Below are positions 1 to 9,647 of a DNA stretch of 64,000 nucleotides, one piece after another. A model generated the notes under the pieces. That model saw nothing but the letters and a program-made list of their open reading frames with translations, made no database searches and was not told the DNA's origin. Location of the stretch: positions 53,078 through 117,077 of the forward strand of contig JAYOFE010000005.1 in assembly GCA_038117045.1 (NCBI GenBank), in the 5' to 3' direction. Made by a program: the position numbers and the translations under genes. Source of the stretch: Alphaproteobacteria bacterium (lineage in GTDB: Bacteria > Pseudomonadota > Alphaproteobacteria > UBA6615). Position 1 is the first letter of the stretch. Every line of letters begins with the position of its first letter.

Positions 1-175
1 GCTCAACAAGAGCCGGGGCCTGACGATCCTGATGGCGGAGCAGAACTTCAACCAGGCCATCAAGATCGCCGACAAGGGCTACATCATCGTCCATGGCGAG
101 ATCGCGTTCGCAAGCAAGGACGCGGCGGACCTGCGCGAGAACGACATGGTGAAGAGCTACTACCTCGGCGGTTGA
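1..175 (+). CDS. 3' end of a branched-chain amino acid ABC transporter ATP-binding protein (LivF-like), partial
   Basis: Frame beginning at nt 2 translates to ...LNKSRGLTILMAEQNFNQAIKIADKGYIIVHGEIAFASKDAADLRENDMVKSYYLGG then TGA at 173-175. This is the typical LivF C-terminal tail. Confidence 0.6.
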   Translation, partial: LNKSRGLTILMAEQNFNQAIKIADKGYIIVHGEIAFASKDAADLRENDMVKSYYLGG

Positions 176-198
176 GCCCGGCAGTCGTCTGAATTCGA

Positions 199-226
199 AA
201 CGGGGGCCTCACGGCCCCCGTTTTCA
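199..226. terminator. Rho-independent terminator, possibly bidirectional
   Basis: GGGGGCC (202-208), loop TCAC, GGCCCCC (213-219), then GTTTTC. It lies between convergent genes. Confidence 0.5.
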
Positions 227-243
227 TTATGCCGTTATGCGTC

Positions 244-1464
244 CTAGCGCTCGACGTTGGCGCTGCGGACCGGAACCCCGAATTCGCGGTGACAGATCTC
301 CGCCAGCTTGGCGACGCCATCACGCAGCTCGTCGAGCGTGGGATTCCCAAAACACAGACGCATGCTGTGACGGCCGGTCTCGGGATCTGCAGTCCATTCG
401 GCGCCCGGGTTCAGGGCGACCCCCTCCGCTGCCGCGGCGACGGCCAGCTTCGAGGTATCGACACTGTCTGGCAGCGTGACCCAGATGAAGATGCCGCCCT
501 TCGGCACGCGGAACTCCGCCGCGGTGCCGAATTCAGCGTTGAGGGCTTCCATGATCGTGTCGCATTTCTCCTTCAGGACCCCCTGGAGGCTTGCGACATG
601 CTCATCGAAATTTGCAGTGCAGTACTCCGCCAGGACCATCTGCTCCAGCGCGCCCGATCCGGCATCGTGCTTGACCGCCAGAAGGCGTGACATCACCTCC
701 CAGCCGGCCGCGATGAAGCCGACGCGCAGGGCCGGTGCGATCGTCTTGGAGAACGAGCCGCAGTAGATCACCCGACCGTCCGTATCAAGCGCATGGATCG
801 CGCGTGGGCGTGTTCCGTCGAAGGTCAGGTCGGCGTAGCAGTCGTCCTCGAAGATCGGAACATCATGCTTGCGCGCCAGTTCGAGCATCTGCAGGCGGCG
901 ATCCTCGGGCATGACGGAGCCCGTCGGGTTTTGCACCGTCGGGATCGTGTAGATGTATTTCGGCTTGATACCGTCCGCCGCGAGTTTGTCGAGAATGTCC
1001 GACAGCGCATCCATCCGGATGCCATCATCGTCGAGCGGAGCGCCGATGTAGTTCACGCCGGCCCGGATGTAGCGCTGCAGTGTGCCCTGGTAGCTGCCTT
1101 CTTCCGCGATGACTGTGTCGCCTGGCTCCAGGAACACGGCATTGACGAGGTCGAGAGCCTGCAGCGAACCGGACACGACCAGGATGTCATCAGCGCTCGT
1201 ATCCATTCCCGCACGCTTGTTGAGGGTGCCGGAGATGAAATCGCGGAGCGGGCGGTAGCCCTGCGGGCCGCTGTTCAGGCCATAGGTTGCGAGCGTCGTG
1301 CCTTCGCGCCGCAGAATGCTTTCGGAGGCGGCGATGAAGGCATCGACAGGTACGCAGGCGGCGTCATTGTGCCCTCCGACGAAGTTGAACTTCGGAAAGC
1401 CGTTCCAGCGTACCGCGGGTGCGGGCAGGTCGTGCCGGTAAAAGGATGAGTAATCGAACGTCAT
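244..1464 (-). CDS. PLP-dependent aminotransferase, class I/II fold
   Basis: The 414-aa ORF carries the SFSKT lysine motif and a class I/II aminotransferase-like sequence. ATG at 1464 (MTFDY...) lies 4 nt after the upstream xdh-family stop (TGATTTCATG), suggesting coupling. The alternative start at 1488 has a poorer RBS. Confidence 0.7.
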   Translation of the reverse strand: MTFDYSSFYRHDLPAPAVRWNGFPKFNFVGGHNDAACVPVDAFIAASESILRREGTTLATYGLNSGPQGYRPLRDFISGTLNKRAGMDTSADDILVVSGSLQALDLVNAVFLEPGDTVIAEEGSYQGTLQRYIRAGVNYIGAPLDDDGIRMDALSDILDKLAADGIKPKYIYTIPTVQNPTGSVMPEDRRLQMLELARKHDVPIFEDDCYADLTFDGTRPRAIHALDTDGRVIYCGSFSKTIAPALRVGFIAAGWEVMSRLLAVKHDAGSGALEQMVLAEYCTANFDEHVASLQGVLKEKCDTIMEALNAEFGTAAEFRVPKGGIFIWVTLPDSVDTSKLAVAAAAEGVALNPGAEWTADPETGRHSMRLCFGNPTLDELRDGVAKLAEICHREFGVPVRSANVER

Positions 1465-1468
1465 GAAA

Positions 1469-3810
1469 TCAGGCGGCCTTTCGCTCATTCAGGATTCGCC
1501 AGATACGCTCCGGCGTTGCCGGCATGTCGATATGGGCCACGCCGAAGTCGCGCAAAGCGTTGGTGATGGCCGCAATCACGACCGGCGGGGCCACGAGCGC
1601 ACCGGCCTCGCCGGCACCCTTCACGCCCAGGGGGTTTGTCACGCACGGCACCTCGTTGGTGTCGAGCTCGATCATGGGGACATTGTCCGCACGGGGCATG
1701 GTGTAGTCCATGAAGGATGAGGTCACCATTTGTCCGGTTTCCGGGTCGTAAACGGTATTTTCCAGCATGGCCTGGCCGATGCCCTGCGCGACACCGCCAT
1801 GCACCTGTCCTGCGACGAGCATGGGATTGATGACCTTTCCGACATCATCGACCGCGCAATAGCGCACGACATGGACGACACCGGTGTCCTGCTCGATTTC
1901 GACCTCGCAGACATGGCAGCCGTTAGGGTAGCTCCAGTGCTCGATGGTGTGCGTGTCGGTACCGCTTAGCGGACCGCGAAGGTCTTCGGGAAGGTCCGTG
2001 GAGGTGCGGGCATGCCGGGCCACATCAAACAGTGTCACAGCCTTGTCCGTTCCCTTCACCCGATAGGCGCCATCCGCGTACTCCACGTCCTGGGCGGCTG
2101 TTTCCAGCATCTCCGACGCGATCAGGGTCCCCTTTGCGATGACCTCATCCGATGAGTTGAGTGCCGCAACACTGCCTATATGACTGGTGCGGGAGCCATG
2201 GCTGCCGCCGCCATTGGGCAGGTTATCGCTGTCTGAGGTATCGATGACGACACTCTCGAAATCGATACCCAGCTTGTCAGAGACGAGTTGCATGAATGAC
2301 GTGTCATGTCCCTGGCCCATCGGCTGGGTGCCGACACGTACGATGACCCGGTCGTCGTCCGTCACCTCTACCTCGGCTGTCTCGGTCGGGTTGCCCGCGG
2401 TTGTCTCCAGATACTGGCTGACGGCGATACCGGACAGGCGGCCGCGTTTCAGGGCCTCGGCGCGGCGCGCTTCGTGGCCGGTCCAGTCGGCCATCTTCGC
2501 AACGAGGTCCATGTTTTCCTCGAAGGCCCCACTGTCATAGGTCGTGCCCATGGCGTTGTTGTAAGGGAATGCGTCGGTCCGGATGAGGTTTCGCCGCCGG
2601 ATCTCCAGCGGGTCCATCTTCAGGTCATGCGCCGCGACGTCCACAAGGCGTTCCATCACGTAGATGGCTTCGGGCCGGCCCGCGCCGCGATAGGGGCCGA
2701 CAGGCGCAGTGTTGGTGACCACGCATTTCACTTCCACATCGGCAACAGGGATATCGTAGACACTCGTCAGGATCTTGGGACCGATCTGCGTGGGGATGGA
2801 GACCCCGGCGGAGCAGGAATAGGCGCCGATATTGGCAACCGTGTTCACACGAACCGCCAGGAACCTGCCGTCGGCATCCAGCGCAAGCTCGCAGTCCGAG
2901 ACATGGTCGCGCCCGTGCAGGTCGCTCAGGAACGCCTCGGACCGGTCGCTGATCCAGCGCACGGTGCGCCCCGTGCGCTTCGCCGCGACCATCACCAGGA
3001 CCTGTTCGGGGTAGGGATGGGTTTTCATCCCGAAGCCGCCCCCGACGTCGTCGACCAGCACGCGGATCTGCTCGGGCTCGCACTTGAAGAATGCCCCAGC
3101 CAGCCATTGGCGCAGCAGGTGCCGGTTCTGGTTCGAGGTGTAGATGGTGTAGCGCCCCGAGGCCGTGTCGTAGCTTCCGATGGCGCCACGCACTTCCATG
3201 GAGTTCTGGACGATACGCTGGTTTACCAGCCTTACCTTTGAGACGTGCGCCGCATTTGCGAACGCGGCATCGGTCTGCTCCCGGTCCCCGATCTGCGAGC
3301 GGAACAGGAAGTTCTGCGGCACCTCGTCCCAGAGCTGCACCACGCCCTCGTCCATCGCCCGGTCTGTCTCGGTGACAACCGGAAGCGGGGCATAGTCCAC
3401 GATGATCGCTTCGGATGCATCGCGTGCCTGTTCGAGCGTTCCGGCGACGACAAACGCGACCGGGTCGCCCACATACCGCGCCCTGTCTGATGTGAGCGCG
3501 TACTGCGGCGGATAGATCAGGGGCGTCCCGTCGGGCTTGGTGAGCGCCGCGAAGAACGGCGGGGGTCCCGGAAATGCGCCAATGCCCTCCTCAGTAAGGT
3601 CCTGGCCCGTCAGAACCGCCACGACACCGGGCATGCTGCGTGCGGTGGACGTATCGATGGAAAGAATATCTGCGTGGGCGTACGGAGAACGGAGGACGTA
3701 TCCGAACGCTTCGCCGTCGCGGGGCAGGTCGTCGTTGAACTTGCCTCTGCCCGTCAGTAGGCGCGGATCTTCGGTTCGCCGCACAGGCTGGCCGACACCA
3801 TACTTCGTCA
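1469..3810 (-). CDS. Xanthine dehydrogenase/aldehyde oxidase family molybdopterin-binding large subunit (form II CoxL-like, AYRGAGR-type)
   Basis: N-terminus MTKYGVGQPVRRTEDPRLLTGRGKF plus a GPYRGAGRPE active-site loop, typical of form-II putative CODH large subunits. Start placed at the ATG after the AAAGGGGGGG RBS. The ORF-track N-extension MGMDTD... is rejected. Confidence 0.85.
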
Positions 3811-3911
3811 TGACATCCCCCCCTTTATTCGTTGTGTTATGGATCGTATCTTGGAACGAGAGACCGCCCGGTGCAACGCGAACAGGCGGCATTTGAGGAG
3901 ATGCAGGATCC

Positions 3912-4859
3912 GTGTCCATTCCCAATCAGCGCATTGTCTATCTGAACGGCGATTACATTCCTGAGAACGAGGCGAAACTGCCGTTCCGGGACAGGGGCGT
4001 GAAGTACGGCGACGCCGTCTTCGATACGACGCGAACCTTCGGTCACGAGATTTTCAAGCTCGATGAGCATCTGGAGCGGCTCTACCGGTCGCTTCGCTAT
4101 ATAGGTATCGACCCGGGCATGCCGCTGGCGGACATGGCCGAAATTACCCGAGAGGTTGTGCGGCGGAACCTGCCGACAATAGCCGCAGATGAAGACCTTT
4201 GGGTCTCGCAGCGCATCACGCGGGGCATCGTCGATCGGAACGAGCGGTCGGCCTGGCCGGACTATGTGGGGCCGACAGTCATCGTCGAATGCCTGCCGTT
4301 GCCTCTCTCGACACGCGCAAAGCTCTACCGCGACGGGATCGACATGATCGTGTCGTCGGTCCGACGGACCGCGCCGGACATGCTGAGTCCGCGAGCCAAA
4401 ACCCACAACTACCTCAACCTGATCATGGCCGACGAGGAAGTCTCCGCACAGAATCCGGAAGCCTATGCCGTCATGCTCGATCACAACGGCAACATTGCCG
4501 AGGGCAGGGGCAGCAACATCTTCTTCGTGTCGGAAGGCCGGCTCGTGACACCGCAGGAACGCTATGTCCTGCCGGGAATCAGCCGCCAGACGGTGATGGA
4601 ACTGGCGGAGAAGATCGGGGTTCCCTGTGCGGAGAAGGACTACGACCTGTTCGACGCCTATAATGCTGATGAGGTGTTCATTTCATCCACGAGTTTCTGC
4701 ATCTGCCCGGCGCGCAGCATCAACGGACGCGTCTTCGCCGCCGGCGCAATCCCCGGACCGGTCACGAAACGTTTGATGGACGCCTATGTGGACCTGGTGG
4801 GCTTTGACTGGGTCGAACAGTACATGCGTTACCCGGCCGTGGACGCCAAACGGGTGTAG
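3912..4859 (+). CDS. Class IV aminotransferase (branched-chain amino acid / D-amino acid aminotransferase family)
   Basis: 315-aa ORF with class IV aminotransferase-like sequence (N-terminus MSIPNQRIVYLNGDYIPENEAKLPFRDRGVKYGDAVFDT...). It is divergent from the xdh-family gene. Confidence 0.8.
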   Translation: MSIPNQRIVYLNGDYIPENEAKLPFRDRGVKYGDAVFDTTRTFGHEIFKLDEHLERLYRSLRYIGIDPGMPLADMAEITREVVRRNLPTIAADEDLWVSQRITRGIVDRNERSAWPDYVGPTVIVECLPLPLSTRAKLYRDGIDMIVSSVRRTAPDMLSPRAKTHNYLNLIMADEEVSAQNPEAYAVMLDHNGNIAEGRGSNIFFVSEGRLVTPQERYVLPGISRQTVMELAEKIGVPCAEKDYDLFDAYNADEVFISSTSFCICPARSINGRVFAAGAIPGPVTKRLMDAYVDLVGFDWVEQYMRYPAVDAKRV

Positions 4860-4863
4860 TGAA

Positions 4864-5664
4864 TTAAGGCGTTTGTTTCGCAAACCAGTCGTTGAGCGTC
4901 TGCATCGATTTCTCCGCCTCTTCCATCAGGAAGAAGTGGCTCGACTTCTCGAACACCACCGTTTCGCTGTTGGCAATGCCGTTGGACAGTTCATCCGTTC
5001 CCTGCATGGAACAGATCGGGTCAACGCGTCCGGCCATGATCAGAGTAGGGCAGGCGATTTCACCCAAACGCCCTGAGGTATCGTGGCTGAGCGCCGTGTG
5101 GTTGAGGTTCACATAGGAGACCTTGCTGCGCGCCTCGTTGCCCACCAGTGCCTCGATGCGGGCCATTGCCTCGGGGTTGTCGTTGTAAAAAGCGGGTGCG
5201 ACAAACATATGTGCCGAGTGGCGTGCCCAGTCAGCCCAGTTGTCCCGCCACTCCAGGACTTCGCGCATGTTCTCAAGGACGCGCTTACCTATCGGGTCCA
5301 CCTTGGCTGTGGAAGCTGCCAGGACAAGTGACTGGATACGGTCAGGGGCGCGCAAGGCCATGTGTTGTCCGATCAAGCCACCCAGTGAGCGGCCGACCAC
5401 GTGTGCTTTATCGATCTCCAGATTGTCCATAAGGGCGAGCATGGTGTCGGCAAGTTCTTCAGTCGTGCAGGGGGCATCGACCGGGGAACTCTCGCCGGAA
5501 CCCGGGTTGTCCATTGCGACCACCCGATAGCGGTTCTTGAACGTCTCGATCTGGGGCAGCCAGGCGGTGTGATCGCCGGCAAGGCCATGAATCAGGATAA
5601 CCGGGAATCCGTCACCGGCCTCGATATAGTTCACGTCGAAACGGCCGCAATTCACTTTCGGCAT
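4864..5664 (-). CDS. Alpha/beta hydrolase fold protein (copy 1 of a tandem pair)
   Basis: HGLAGDH, nucleophile-elbow GRSLGG, ~267 aa from MPKVNCGRFDVNYIEAGDG. It is about 65% identical to the downstream paralog. Confidence 0.75.
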   Translation of the reverse strand: MPKVNCGRFDVNYIEAGDGFPVILIHGLAGDHTAWLPQIETFKNRYRVVAMDNPGSGESSPVDAPCTTEELADTMLALMDNLEIDKAHVVGRSLGGLIGQHMALRAPDRIQSLVLAASTAKVDPIGKRVLENMREVLEWRDNWADWARHSAHMFVAPAFYNDNPEAMARIEALVGNEARSKVSYVNLNHTALSHDTSGRLGEIACPTLIMAGRVDPICSMQGTDELSNGIANSETVVFEKSSHFFLMEEAEKSMQTLNDWFAKQTP

Positions 5665-5686
5665 GCTTTGTCTCTCTGTTTGTGAT

Positions 5687-6487
5687 TCAGGCTGCGTGCT
5701 TTTCAAACCAGCTTTCAAGCGTGGACATGGCTTTCGCCGCTTCCTCCATGAGGAAGAAGTGGCTCGACTTCTCGAAGATCTCCAGCTCTGCGTTCGGCAG
5801 TCGTTCCATCATCCAGTTCTGCGCTGTCATTGAGCAGATCGGGTCAAAGCGCCCACCCATAACGAGCGTCGGTGTCCGAATATCTGACAGGCGGTCGAGA
5901 ACGTCATGCTCAAGACATGCCGTTGCAAGATTGTTGTATGAGGTCATGTCGCGCCCCTCGTCACTGACCAGTGCCGTTATGCGCGACATCAGTTCGGGGT
6001 TCTCGTTGTAGAAGGCAGGTGCAACAAACAGATAGACCGCGTGAGGGGCCCATTCCGCCCAGTTGCCGCGCCATTTGAGCAGCTGTTGAAGGTTGGTGAT
6101 CACCTGCGCTCCGACAGCATCAAGACGAGCAAAGGAGGCTGCCATCGCGAGGGATTGGAGGCGTTCAGGCGCTTTCAGCGCCATGTGCTGCGCCACAGCA
6201 CCTCCCATGGAACGACCGACCACATGGGCCTTCTCGATGCCAAGCTTGTCCATCAGGCCCAATGTTGCATCGGCTAGATCGGCAGTGCCAGCCGGTTGGC
6301 TAACAGGCGAGCTGTCGCCAGATCCGGGGTTGTCGAAAGCGATAACCCGATACCGTTCCTTCCATGCGGCCAATTGGGGGAGCCACGCAGTGTGGTCGCC
6401 CGCTAGGCCGTGTATCAGGAGAATGGGAAATCCTTCGCCCTCTTCGACGTAGTTGATGTCAAAACGCCCGGTGTTCACAACTGTCAT
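5687..6487 (-). CDS. Alpha/beta hydrolase fold protein (copy 2 of a tandem pair)
   Basis: MTVVNTGRFDINYVEEGEGFPILLIHGLAGDH...GRSMGG. AAGGAGAG RBS sits 8 nt upstream. Confidence 0.8.
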   Translation of the reverse strand: MTVVNTGRFDINYVEEGEGFPILLIHGLAGDHTAWLPQLAAWKERYRVIAFDNPGSGDSSPVSQPAGTADLADATLGLMDKLGIEKAHVVGRSMGGAVAQHMALKAPERLQSLAMAASFARLDAVGAQVITNLQQLLKWRGNWAEWAPHAVYLFVAPAFYNENPELMSRITALVSDEGRDMTSYNNLATACLEHDVLDRLSDIRTPTLVMGGRFDPICSMTAQNWMMERLPNAELEIFEKSSHFFLMEEAAKAMSTLESWFEKHAA

Positions 6488-6502
6488 CTAGGCTCTCCTT
6501 AA

Positions 6503-6539
6503 TGCAAAACACCGCGCCCCGATCCATCGGTACGCGGTG
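6503..6539 (-). terminator. Candidate terminator hairpin after the ABC ATPase gene
   Basis: CACCGCG (6510-6516) and CGCGGTG (6533-6539) form a 7-bp stem. On the minus strand it is followed by GTTTTGC. The loop is long, so confidence is moderate. Confidence 0.4.
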
Positions 6540-6566
6540 CTTTGACAAGCAGGTTTATCCGGAAAA

Positions 6567-7646
6567 CTAGCGGATACGGTCCCCGTTCGCGTCGAACAGG
6601 AAGATGCCGGCGTCCGGAAAGGTGATCGTCACCGACTGGTGGCGCTGGAAGTGCTCCGTGCCCTCGACAACAGCCACAAACGGGCGATCTTCCCCGGTCT
6701 CGAAGTAGAGAAGGGTATCCTTGCCGAGCGGTTCGACGAGGCCGACCTTGCGTTCGATGCTGGCACCGGCGCCGGCGCTATCCCCGATCCCGACATTCTC
6801 CGGCCGAATGCCCAGCGTCCCCTTGCCGGGAGCCGTGGAGGCGTATTTCACGGGCAGTGGAATATCGAAATGGGCGCTGTGGAATTCCAGCGTATCGCCG
6901 TTCTTAACGAATTCGCCGTCGATCAGATTCATCGCCGGATTCCCGAAGAAGTCGGCGACAAAATACGAGACCGGGTCGCCGTAGATTTCCAGCGGTGAGC
7001 CCTGTTGCACGATCTCACCCTGATTCATCACGATGATCCGGTCAGCCAGTGTCATGGCCTCTTCCTGGTCATGCGTGACGTAGATGAACGTCTTCTGCAA
7101 CTCGTCATGCAACCGGTCGCACTCGGCACGCAGTTCGCGCCGCAACTTGGCATCGAGCGAGGACAGCGGCTCGTCGAGGAGGAAGTTCGACGGTTCCGTC
7201 ACGAGCGTGCGGGCCAGCGCGATACGCTGGGATTCACCGCCCGAACACTGGCCCGGCATCTTGCCGAGCAGGTGAGTGATCCGGACGAGTTCAGAGACTT
7301 CCTTCACCCGCTTGGCCTGCTCGTCCTGCGGGACCTTCTTCATGCGCAGGCCGAAGGCGATGTTGTCGGCCACCGTCTTGTGCGGGAACAGGGCATGGCT
7401 CTGGAACACCATGCCCAGGTCGCGGTCGCCGGGTTCCTTCTCGTTGACCACTGTGCCGTCGATCCGGATTTCCCCGTCGGTGGGGTCCTCGAAGCCGGCA
7501 ATCATGCGCAGCGTGGTTGTCTTGCCGCAGCCGGACGGTCCCACGAAAACGATGAACTCGCCGTCGTCGATCGTCAGGTTCATCTGCTTCACGGCGACGA
7601 CATTGCCGTATTCCTTGCGCAGGTTCTCGAGTTCTATACGAGACAT
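6567..7646 (-). CDS. ABC transporter ATP-binding protein (MalK/UgpC-like, sugar/polyamine type)
   Basis: Walker A GPSGCGKTT, signature LSGGESQRIALAR, and a C-terminal TOBE-like regulatory domain. Confidence 0.9.
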   Translation of the reverse strand: MSRIELENLRKEYGNVVAVKQMNLTIDDGEFIVFVGPSGCGKTTTLRMIAGFEDPTDGEIRIDGTVVNEKEPGDRDLGMVFQSHALFPHKTVADNIAFGLRMKKVPQDEQAKRVKEVSELVRITHLLGKMPGQCSGGESQRIALARTLVTEPSNFLLDEPLSSLDAKLRRELRAECDRLHDELQKTFIYVTHDQEEAMTLADRIIVMNQGEIVQQGSPLEIYGDPVSYFVADFFGNPAMNLIDGEFVKNGDTLEFHSAHFDIPLPVKYASTAPGKGTLGIRPENVGIGDSAGAGASIERKVGLVEPLGKDTLLYFETGEDRPFVAVVEGTEHFQRHQSVTITFPDAGIFLFDANGDRIR

Positions 7647-7652
7647 GGCGCG

Positions 7653-8555
7653 CTACCTCCTCACCATCCCAAAACTGAATCCGCGCGCCAGGTGCTTGCG
7701 GATAATTAATCCCACCACAATCAGCGGGAGGGTAATTCCAACGGACAGCGCAGCTTGGCGTCCGTAGACACGTCCTTCTGTCGATCCCTGGTACTTGGAG
7801 AGTTCGACCGGCAGTGTGACGACCTGGGCCTTCGACAGCAGCAGTGCCAAAAGGTACTCGCTCCATGTCAGGATCAGAATGAACAGGAAGGTCGCCACGA
7901 GGCCTGATCTGACCAGGGGCAGTACGACCTCCCAGATCGTGCGCCAGCGGCTCGCGCCCAGAATTTCGGCGGCCTGTTCCATTTCCCGTGGAACTTCATC
8001 GATGAAGCTCTTCGACATCCAGACCGCGTAGGGCAGTGTCGTCAGGAAATAAAGGATCACCAGCCCAGTGACGGTGTCGAGCAGGCCGAGCGCGCTGTAC
8101 CAGATGGATATCGGTGCCACCAGGACGATAGGCGGCACCATTCGTAACATCAGCAACTGGAACATTCGCCCTTCGGACAGGATCTGGTACCGCGACACAC
8201 CGTAGGCGAGCACGGACCCGAACAGGACCGACAGAGTCGTTGCGATGAACGAGATCAGCGCACTGTTGCCAAGCGCGACCCATGGGCGCTGCAGGGACTG
8301 GGCGTAGGTCTTGATCTCACCGGTCTGCTCATCGACCGAATGGCCCTCAACGTCTGCCCAGACGGCAAGATAGTTCTGGAGGGTCGCATTCTCGGAGATA
8401 TAGACCGGCGGCCAGGCGAACCATTCGCGGTCCGGCTTGAACGAGGTCGAGACCATCCAGAAAATCGGAAACGCGACAATCAGGAGCCAGATCGTCAAAA
8501 GGAAGTAACGCATGGCCGCATAGGCGGTGCGCCGCTGGGACTTGGTCATCGCCAT
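7653..8555 (-). CDS. ABC transporter permease (MalG/UgpE-like)
   Basis: 300 aa with multiple transmembrane segments and an EAA-like loop. Tightly spaced in the operon. Confidence 0.85.
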   Translation of the reverse strand: MAMTKSQRRTAYAAMRYFLLTIWLLIVAFPIFWMVSTSFKPDREWFAWPPVYISENATLQNYLAVWADVEGHSVDEQTGEIKTYAQSLQRPWVALGNSALISFIATTLSVLFGSVLAYGVSRYQILSEGRMFQLLMLRMVPPIVLVAPISIWYSALGLLDTVTGLVILYFLTTLPYAVWMSKSFIDEVPREMEQAAEILGASRWRTIWEVVLPLVRSGLVATFLFILILTWSEYLLALLLSKAQVVTLPVELSKYQGSTEGRVYGRQAALSVGITLPLIVVGLIIRKHLARGFSFGMVRR

Positions 8556-8558
8556 GGC

Positions 8559-9566
8559 TCAGCTCTCCTCCGGACTGGCCTGGTACATCTCGTCCAAGCT
8601 CTTCTTCTCGCGCCGCAGCAGCCAGATCGCGCTCATGACAATGGCCACCATCATGAACAGCACGAGATAGGATAGGACGGCACCATAGGAGAGATCAAAG
8701 AACTGCCAGGCGTTGATGAAGATGTAGACCGGGATGGTCTCGGTCGCGGAGCCGGGACCGCCTTGAAGCAGGCCCCAGGTTTTCGGGAACTCGGCCATCG
8801 ATTCAAGGAAGCGCAGGATGAGCGCGAGCAGGATAACCGGGCGGAGCAGGGGAAGTTGGACCTCCCAGAAGATGCGCCACCTGCTGGCTCCGAGGATTTG
8901 CGCAGCTTCCTGCGGTTCCTTGGGAAGCGCGGCAAGGCCGGCCATCATGATGATGAAGCTGAAGGGGGTCCAGTTCCAGATTTCCAGCAGACCGATCGTC
9001 GTCAGGGCGGCTTGCTGGTTGTAAAGGAATTGCACCTCGGAGCGTGTGCCCGTAACCATGCCAATGATGTCGTTCAACGGGCCGTTCTGATAGAGGATCA
9101 TTTCGCCGGTATAGGCAATGACGATCGGCACCGTGAGCATCGGCAGGATGAAGAAGATGTAGTAGACGCCCTGACCGCGGAAGGGGCGATACATCAGTAG
9201 CGCCAGTCCAAATCCCAGCAGGAAGCATCCTGTCGTCACACCGGTCGAGAACAGCAGTGAACGAATGATTGCGTAGCCGAACTTGTCGTCGCTGAACGCA
9301 TCCGCCCACAGATCGAGGCCGACCCAGGTGGAGGCGCGGAAATAGGACAGAAACGACGGGTCGTCGCCGGCGTCGAATATCGAGAATGAGAAGAACGAGA
9401 AATAGCCCTGCAGCAGGAATGCAGGCAGCAGGATGAAGATCATCAGCGCCATCAGCGGGGTCAAAACGGTCCATTTAAACCGTTTCACCCCCTGCGCGCG
9501 TGTCGCTTCGCGAGAGTTGCCACGCCGGGGAGCCGGCTCGGCATTCATGGTCGTATCAGCGGTCAT
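8559..9566 (-). CDS. ABC transporter permease (MalF/UgpA-like)
   Basis: Transmembrane protein with EAA motif region EAAQILGASRWRIFWEV. Start chosen at MTADT (ATG 9566) after the intergenic hairpins. The ORF track extends to 9617, but that region contains hairpins. Confidence 0.75.
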   Translation of the reverse strand: MTADTTMNAEPAPRRGNSREATRAQGVKRFKWTVLTPLMALMIFILLPAFLLQGYFSFFSFSIFDAGDDPSFLSYFRASTWVGLDLWADAFSDDKFGYAIIRSLLFSTGVTTGCFLLGFGLALLMYRPFRGQGVYYIFFILPMLTVPIVIAYTGEMILYQNGPLNDIIGMVTGTRSEVQFLYNQQAALTTIGLLEIWNWTPFSFIIMMAGLAALPKEPQEAAQILGASRWRIFWEVQLPLLRPVILLALILRFLESMAEFPKTWGLLQGGPGSATETIPVYIFINAWQFFDLSYGAVLSYLVLFMMVAIVMSAIWLLRREKKSLDEMYQASPEES

Positions 9567-9647
9567 GACGTAAAAAAGCCTCGAGGACTCTGGGGCGCGT
9601 GAAGCGCCCCAGAGCATCTCATGAGGTTAGCAGGTCGAACCTGTCGC

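Noticed and set aside
3811-3925. N-terminal extension (MGMDTDPASPQMPP...) of the xanthine-dehydrogenase-family ORF
   Set aside because: A strong AAAGGGGGGG RBS precedes the internal ATG giving MTKYGVGQPVRR, which is the conserved family N-terminus. The extension would overlap the divergent class IV aminotransferase start region.
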